64,000 bases of DNA from a virus, in IMG/VR virus record IMGVR_UViG_3300009702_000023, positions 1 to 64,000 of that record. One strand, 5' to 3'. This document shows, piece by piece, positions 58,708 to 64,000 of this stretch. The notes under the pieces were generated by a model that saw only the letters and a program-made list of their open reading frames with translations, ran no database searches and was not told where the DNA came from. The stretch's first letter is position 1, and each line of letters begins with the position of its first letter. The translations under genes were made by a program, and so were the position numbers.

Positions 58708-60928
58708 CGCTTAAACCTTGTTCTTGTTCATTCCGTATAAGTTCCCTATATTGGGGATTTTGCATAATATTAAATAAAATAGCTTGTCGTGCTCTTTTTC
58801 TTAAATACGGAACTTTTCGTAATTCCGCTGCTAATCTGCTACTTGATTGATCGCCACGTTGGGATAATTTAGCTGCTATTTTTTGTGCAAATTCCGGTGT
58901 TATATCTCTTACGGTTTCGCCAGCAGCTTTCATAGTTCGGCCAGCAATATTACCTACCGCTATTGGTGCGCCAGCTAGGCCAGTTCTGAGTGTTGTGCCA
59001 GATTTACCAGCAACAAGGGCCGGGGCCATTCTTTCGTAGGCTAAATCCATACGAGTTGCAACATCTTTTAATTTTGCTGATAATTGTCCAGCTAAGTTAG
59101 GATCAGCTTTTTGTAGTTCGCCAATAAATTCATCCATAATAGCGCCATGTAGATTTCCAGCAGCAGTATCTTTTGCTATTTTATCAATCTTTGGCCCAAG
59201 ATTTTTAATAACAGCAGCGGCCTTATCATTTCTACTAATTCCTAAACTATCTAATGCATTCATAAAATCTGCATATGCTTGGTTCGCTTGTTGTACCCCC
59301 GGAATTTGGGTTTCAACAGTTTCTCCCAATTTATTTGTAATATCTAAAACTTGAGTTGCCCCTTCCCCTGTCATTGGTTTAGATCCAAATGGTGTATATT
59401 TTTGAAAGGTTTGTCGTAGTTTTCTTATTTCCGTAGGACTTACTTCAGGTTTAGGATTGACTCTTTCAATTACTTTTTTATATTTTGTAATCTCATTTTC
59501 GGGAACAATTTTTTGATATACTTTACCAGTATTCTTATCGTGAAATTGAAGAAAACTCAAATTACTTTCAGGATCTTTAACTAGTTGTATATCAGTTAAA
59601 TCTGGATTTTGTATAATGTCTGCTATATTTTGTGTTCCTTCTTCTGTCAATTTTTGACTAACCATTGCAGGTTTATTTGCCTCAGTCATGACTTGTTCTG
59701 GTGGAGTAAATTCGGGGGGAGTACCGAGTGTTTGTGCCTGTTCTTTTGCTTGACGAGTTAATATCTTTTGTTCGGCAACATTTGTTGGTTCCCCGGCTTG
59801 GAGCTTAGCTTGTATTCCTGCCCGTTTTTGTTGCATTTGAGTCATAGCTTTTTGTGCACCAGTTTCGGCGGGAACTAATCTTGTTACTTCTTTACCTTGC
59901 AGTTGATTATCAATAATGTCCATTAATTGCTTAGCTTCGGTAATATCAGTTGGGTCGGGACTAGTTTCAACTATAGATTGTAATTTTTGTTTTACACCAT
60001 TAAGATCGTCAGCAACATTTATTGTAATACCTTTTTCTTCGGCATCTTTTAAAATATTTTCAATATTAGTATTTAAATCATTTCCCAATTGTTTCATTTG
60101 CGGTTGAATGCTTTTTAAAGTATCAACTAATTCGGCTGTTGCTTGTTTGCGAGCTTCGGGGCCATTTAGTAGTTGACCCATTTTGCCGCGTCTATATGAT
60201 TCTAGGAGATTTTGATATGCATCAGTATTTTTAATTGCCCTACTTAATTTTTGAGCACCCTTTGCTAATACAGGAAAAGCACCGCCAAGTGCTGCGCCAT
60301 ATTTGGCCCCTTGTTTTATATCTTCACCTAACATCCCAATATCAGGATTAGGTTTCATAAGCTCGGCTTCACTTTCGCCACCGCCGACTAAACCGCCAGT
60401 AGCAGCACCGGCAAGAGCACTTCGCACAATTTGTTGACCCAAGTTAGCACCTTTACCTATAAAAGACGTAGTTTCTCCCGCAGGTAATGCAAATCCCCCG
60501 GCCATTTCTGATGCGAATTCTGTTTTAGGATATTGTTCTTTTGCCGCTGTTTGACGGGCTCTTTGTAAATCGCGATATTCTTTATATAAATCACTATAAG
60601 ATTTTTTTTCAGCAGGAATGCCCTCGATTTTTCCACCTTGAGCTTTTATTTTAGCTAATACTTCAGGACTGAGATTTTTAGCAATAGCCTCGGCTGGTAT
60701 ATCCATTCCGCCAGTTTGTCGGGACAGATACTCAGACCCCCCACCTAAAAGTCCAGCCAATTCATCAGAAAGCCCTAAAGTACCGCCGCGAGCTAAACCT
60801 GTTCCAGCAGCTTCTAATTGTGACAATTGTTGTTCTTGTGGGGGATTTAGTTGTTGATTTATATCAGAAGTTTGTTCAAATTCTGGTATAATTTCTTCAG
60901 TATCATTCCATTTAGGTGTATTGGCCAT
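58691..60928 (-). CDS. Internal virion / ejection protein
   Basis: GTLGLSDELAG, Gly/Ala-rich amphipathic segments, 745 aa. Confidence 0.65.
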   Translation of the reverse strand: MANTPKWNDTEEIIPEFEQTSDINQQLNPPQEQQLSQLEAAGTGLARGGTLGLSDELAGLLGGGSEYLSRQTGGMDIPAEAIAKNLSPEVLAKIKAQGGKIEGIPAEKKSYSDLYKEYRDLQRARQTAAKEQYPKTEFASEMAGGFALPAGETTSFIGKGANLGQQIVRSALAGAATGGLVGGGESEAELMKPNPDIGMLGEDIKQGAKYGAALGGAFPVLAKGAQKLSRAIKNTDAYQNLLESYRRGKMGQLLNGPEARKQATAELVDTLKSIQPQMKQLGNDLNTNIENILKDAEEKGITINVADDLNGVKQKLQSIVETSPDPTDITEAKQLMDIIDNQLQGKEVTRLVPAETGAQKAMTQMQQKRAGIQAKLQAGEPTNVAEQKILTRQAKEQAQTLGTPPEFTPPEQVMTEANKPAMVSQKLTEEGTQNIADIIQNPDLTDIQLVKDPESNLSFLQFHDKNTGKVYQKIVPENEITKYKKVIERVNPKPEVSPTEIRKLRQTFQKYTPFGSKPMTGEGATQVLDITNKLGETVETQIPGVQQANQAYADFMNALDSLGISRNDKAAAVIKNLGPKIDKIAKDTAAGNLHGAIMDEFIGELQKADPNLAGQLSAKLKDVATRMDLAYERMAPALVAGKSGTTLRTGLAGAPIAVGNIAGRTMKAAGETVRDITPEFAQKIAAKLSQRGDQSSSRLAAELRKVPYLRKRARQAILFNIMQNPQYRELIRNEQEQGLSDGLPK

Positions 60929-62181
60929 TATTGTTCATACCTCAAAAATTTCTTTGTTTTTCTATCAAAGATTGCTATTCTTCCATCTTTAGTTTTTCTT
61001 TTTACTTCACCAGATTTTTCAGTTTCGCCAAAAGTAGTATATCCTAATAAACCTTTAATTGTGTGTTCTGGTAAAGTAGGATAAGCGGTGTGCATTCTGC
61101 TAGAAGCATTATGGTATACTCGACTAATATCGCCCTTTAATTTACCAGATAATTCCCCAATATTATTAGTAATATCTTTTAATGTTTCTGGCGAAATTTC
61201 GCCTTTCATACCACCAAGATAGTAATCTTTTAACTTTCGGCCCCAACTTTTTCCAGCAACATAACGAACAACATCAGTATCAGTTAAAACGCCAACTTCA
61301 CCCATTGCTCTGGCAAGTTTTGTTCCTAAAGCAGCGACAGCCGCTTGATTTCCTGATCTAGCTAAATTAATTAAATGGTTCACATCATCAAACGCCATTC
61401 CTTGTTCTGTTGCCTTTTTAAATCTAGGATCATCTTTTAAGAACCCACGGGCCGTATTAATTTGTTGCTGATTAATCATATCTTTTTGTGCTTGTACTCG
61501 CCTAGCTTCTTCAGCTTTACGTTCTTTCAAAAGTTCTTCATTATGCCCCATCATATATTTTTGATATGGCGTCATATTGTCTTGAGGCTTTTTCATTTGT
61601 TGTAAAAGACCTTCTAATTCTGTAGCTGAGCGCCCTTGAATCATTTGTTCATATTCCGGGTATTTTTGTATAGATAATTCCTGAATAGATTTAGAATAAG
61701 CCGAATTAGGATCATTAGCTTTTTCTTTATTAGCTAAACCCAATTTAGCACTTTGATTTTTCATTTCTTGAAATTTTTGTGATAAATCTGATAATTTAGC
61801 TTTTCTTTGAGTTTCAACATTTTTAACTTCTTCTTGTGCCCGTTTTCCTAATAAACCTACGCCACTATAATCTGGCTTAAATTTACCACTTTGCCCCCCG
61901 GCTATTGCTTGACCAATTTGAAGTGCACCTTGTAATAAACCAGCATTTCTAAGCATACTGTCTTTACTGGCCAGAGCGGCCTCTAGATCGCTTTGTGGGG
62001 GCTGTTGCGGCAATTGAGGTTCGGGGGCAAGGGTTGGTTCTGCGACCACTGATGGGGCTTCTGGGGCCGATGCCATTAAAGGAATTTCGGGGCCATTAGT
62101 TAATGGGACATTCTGATCTAGTGTCTGATCATCAGGATTTTTAAGTTTATTATATTGATTTATTAAATCTGTATAATTCAT
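60928..62181 (-). CDS. Internal virion / ejection protein
   Basis: Gln/Ala-rich; GEVGVLTDTDV; translationally coupled to neighbours. Confidence 0.6.
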   Translation of the reverse strand: MNYTDLINQYNKLKNPDDQTLDQNVPLTNGPEIPLMASAPEAPSVVAEPTLAPEPQLPQQPPQSDLEAALASKDSMLRNAGLLQGALQIGQAIAGGQSGKFKPDYSGVGLLGKRAQEEVKNVETQRKAKLSDLSQKFQEMKNQSAKLGLANKEKANDPNSAYSKSIQELSIQKYPEYEQMIQGRSATELEGLLQQMKKPQDNMTPYQKYMMGHNEELLKERKAEEARRVQAQKDMINQQQINTARGFLKDDPRFKKATEQGMAFDDVNHLINLARSGNQAAVAALGTKLARAMGEVGVLTDTDVVRYVAGKSWGRKLKDYYLGGMKGEISPETLKDITNNIGELSGKLKGDISRVYHNASSRMHTAYPTLPEHTIKGLLGYTTFGETEKSGEVKRKTKDGRIAIFDRKTKKFLRYEQ

Positions 62182-63248
62182 TATGGCATACCATTTATCA
62201 TATAAGGGTGAATATTTGGGGCAGCAGCATTACCTATAGTTGGCGGTTGACTTGGGGCAGGTGTATTACTTGTTGATTTGGGAGCGCTTGCTACCGCACC
62301 AATTATGCCGCCTATTCCGGCCCCTACCCCAGCACCCATATTTGCGGTATTAGCGGCTTGATTAGCATAATTTTGGGCTTGATTTCCATATTGGCCAGCC
62401 ATTCCGCCAGCTAATGCAATTTGTTGATTAAATCGTTGACCAGGTAAGGCGGCTCTATGAGTTTCGGCCTGTTGTTTTAACTGAGCATTCATATTTGCAA
62501 TTTGTTGTGCATTTTGTAAATTAGTTAATTGTCCTGTATTTTGTCTATTAACATTTCTAGTTTTTAAATTTTGTTGATTGGCAGCATTCCATGCAGCGAT
62601 TGCGTCAGCAGCTTTAGCTATGTCGGCTTGTTCTCCAAATTGTTGTCGCTCCATTTGACTACCGAGATTTGCAGATTGAGTTAATGCTTGTAACGCTCTT
62701 GCCTGGGCTTGTTGTGCTAATCTATCAGATGCTTCACTACCACGTTGTGCAGATTGTTGGGAAGAATTAAGTTTCGCAGCTAATTCCATGCCACTTCCAC
62801 CAGTACCACGTCTAGCCATTTCAGCAAGAATAGCATTTTGTCTGGCTTGTTCTTGTTGGCTAACTTGACGTTGTAAACTTCTTTCAGCAGCTATATCACC
62901 GGGGGCTAATCCGGTTTGACCAAGTTCGGATAAACTTCCTAAAGCTTGCATTTGGGCAGCACGTAATCTAGGATCAGTTGTTATTCCTGCCATTTCTGAT
63001 GGACCAAGATTAACAAGTTGTTCTTGTTCAGGGGTATATTGGCCTTGGCTTTGATACATCATTTCTGGTGTAAAATTATAAAGTTGCTCAGCTATAGTTG
63101 GTACTTTAATATTTGCATATTGTGCTAAGGCCTGATTCATTGCATTATTAGCTGCATTTCGACTACCACGAGCGGCCTCATTACCAACTAATCCCCCGAC
63201 GACTGGGGCAGCTACCATTAAACCTGCGGTTACTGGATCAACGCCCAT
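62181..63248 (-). CDS. DNA pilot / ejection protein
   Basis: MGVDPVTAG...VGGLVG N-terminus, Q/A/N-rich coiled coil, glycine-zipper C-terminus. Confidence 0.65.
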   Translation of the reverse strand: MGVDPVTAGLMVAAPVVGGLVGNEAARGSRNAANNAMNQALAQYANIKVPTIAEQLYNFTPEMMYQSQGQYTPEQEQLVNLGPSEMAGITTDPRLRAAQMQALGSLSELGQTGLAPGDIAAERSLQRQVSQQEQARQNAILAEMARRGTGGSGMELAAKLNSSQQSAQRGSEASDRLAQQAQARALQALTQSANLGSQMERQQFGEQADIAKAADAIAAWNAANQQNLKTRNVNRQNTGQLTNLQNAQQIANMNAQLKQQAETHRAALPGQRFNQQIALAGGMAGQYGNQAQNYANQAANTANMGAGVGAGIGGIIGAVASAPKSTSNTPAPSQPPTIGNAAAPNIHPYMINGMP

Positions 63249-63640
63249 TAAAAACCTCCACAAAGTAGTGTATGCTTATCAACTGTTCTAAAATTCTTTT
63301 TTTGAATCAATTTAGTTAATCCTTTCGAATTTGATAAACTAATTATATTTTTTATATTATAATGATTAGCTAAAGCTAATAAACCCTCTATACAAAAATT
63401 AATAGCATTATATTTTTCTTTTAATCCGGCTTTGGGGTTTGTTGTTGTCCATGCAATCTGCCCCAAGTTACATCCGGCCATAATGTATAAAAAACTAGCA
63501 CATATAGGGGTGTTATTATTATAAACAATAAAACCAAATGGACTTAAACTGTCTCGTTCCATAGAATTATGTTTATGTTCTTTCCACCACATATTAATTA
63601 AATTATAATGTTTTTCTTTATCAAATCTAATTAATTTCAT
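63248..63640 (-). CDS. GNAT-like protein of the podovirus tail module
   Basis: WW, GFIV...PICA.FLY, W.TTNP; upstream of the pilot gene. Confidence 0.55.
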   Translation of the reverse strand: MKLIRFDKEKHYNLINMWWKEHKHNSMERDSLSPFGFIVYNNNTPICASFLYIMAGCNLGQIAWTTTNPKAGLKEKYNAINFCIEGLLALANHYNIKNIISLSNSKGLTKLIQKKNFRTVDKHTLLCGGF

Positions 63641-64000
63641 TTATTTTATTGGGACAAAAGCTGGTCCCGTTTGTTCTCCATTTATTGCTGTTCCATTTTT
63701 AAGACTTGGGCCTAAAAGCGAATTCATTTGTTCCAATGATACTGGTGCGCTATTAGCCGTAGTTGCATAAGGGCTGACTTGTTGCCAAATATTATTGCGC
63801 ATAGTTGCGGCCTCTTCACCTAAAATATTTTGAAGGTCACTCAATCTATACTGACCATATGGATGTTCTTTATCTGTTATAGCACGAACTCTATTTGTTA
63901 CGGTTATTGGGTCTAAATGGTATTTATCAACAATAGATCTTAATTCTCCGCCAGTTACTAGTGCTTTATTTAAATCGCCGTATTGTTGTCGCAGTTCATC
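63641..64000 (-). CDS. C-terminus of a virion protein entering from the right edge
   Basis: Frame open from 64000 (DELRQQYG...) through the 63641..63844 ORF. Confidence 0.6.
   Translation of the reverse strand, partial: DELRQQYGDLNKALVTGGELRSIVDKYHLDPITVTNRVRAITDKEHPYGQYRLSDLQNILGEEAATMRNNIWQQVSPYATTANSAPVSLEQMNSLLGPSLKNGTAINGEQTGPAFVPIK

Noticed and set aside
1-64000. Alternative genetic code
   Set aside because: Core genes are full length in the standard code and TAA, TAG and TGA all serve as stops

Overview
This window is part of an AT-rich, apparently lytic dsDNA tailed phage genome with podovirus-like architecture. It is cut inside structural genes at both edges, so the genome is larger than 64 kb and circularly permuted relative to the window. 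The minus strand carries the virion genes: tail fibre, major capsid, scaffold, LamG tail protein, lytic transglycosylase, portal and intein-containing TerL on the left, and ejection-type proteins on the right. These units are fronted by a phage-specific motif, TTAACAAATATTTATG. The plus strand carries the early and middle genes. They start after a non-coding region near 26.2-26.65 kb (probable genome end) that holds an ordered array of sigma-54-type sites and a near-consensus sigma-28 promoter. Plus-strand products include a SAM lyase, two amidoligases with a class II glutamine amidotransferase and ATP-grasp proteins, repeat proteins, a PD-(D/E)XK nuclease, a c-type cytochrome, a Rad52-like annealase, an AEP primase-helicase, a family B DNA polymerase, four metallophosphoesterases, a ClpP-like protease, a SemiSWEET-like protein, a serine protease and probable spanins. 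The host is inferred, not proven, to be a flagellated Gram-negative bacterium such as a Bdellovibrionota member. The most unusual signals are: (i) a ~330-nt structured non-coding RNA candidate with two promoters; (ii) the sigma-54/sigma-28 entry array; (iii) an unannotated 42-aa microprotein copying the capsid N-terminus, plus a basic motif shared by several late proteins; (iv) short A:T-to-G:C shifted patches inside genes; (v) CGGGAG enrichment in the early region. No tRNA, CRISPR array, reverse transcriptase, integrase or RNA polymerase was recognised. All calls come from reading motifs by eye; no database search was run.
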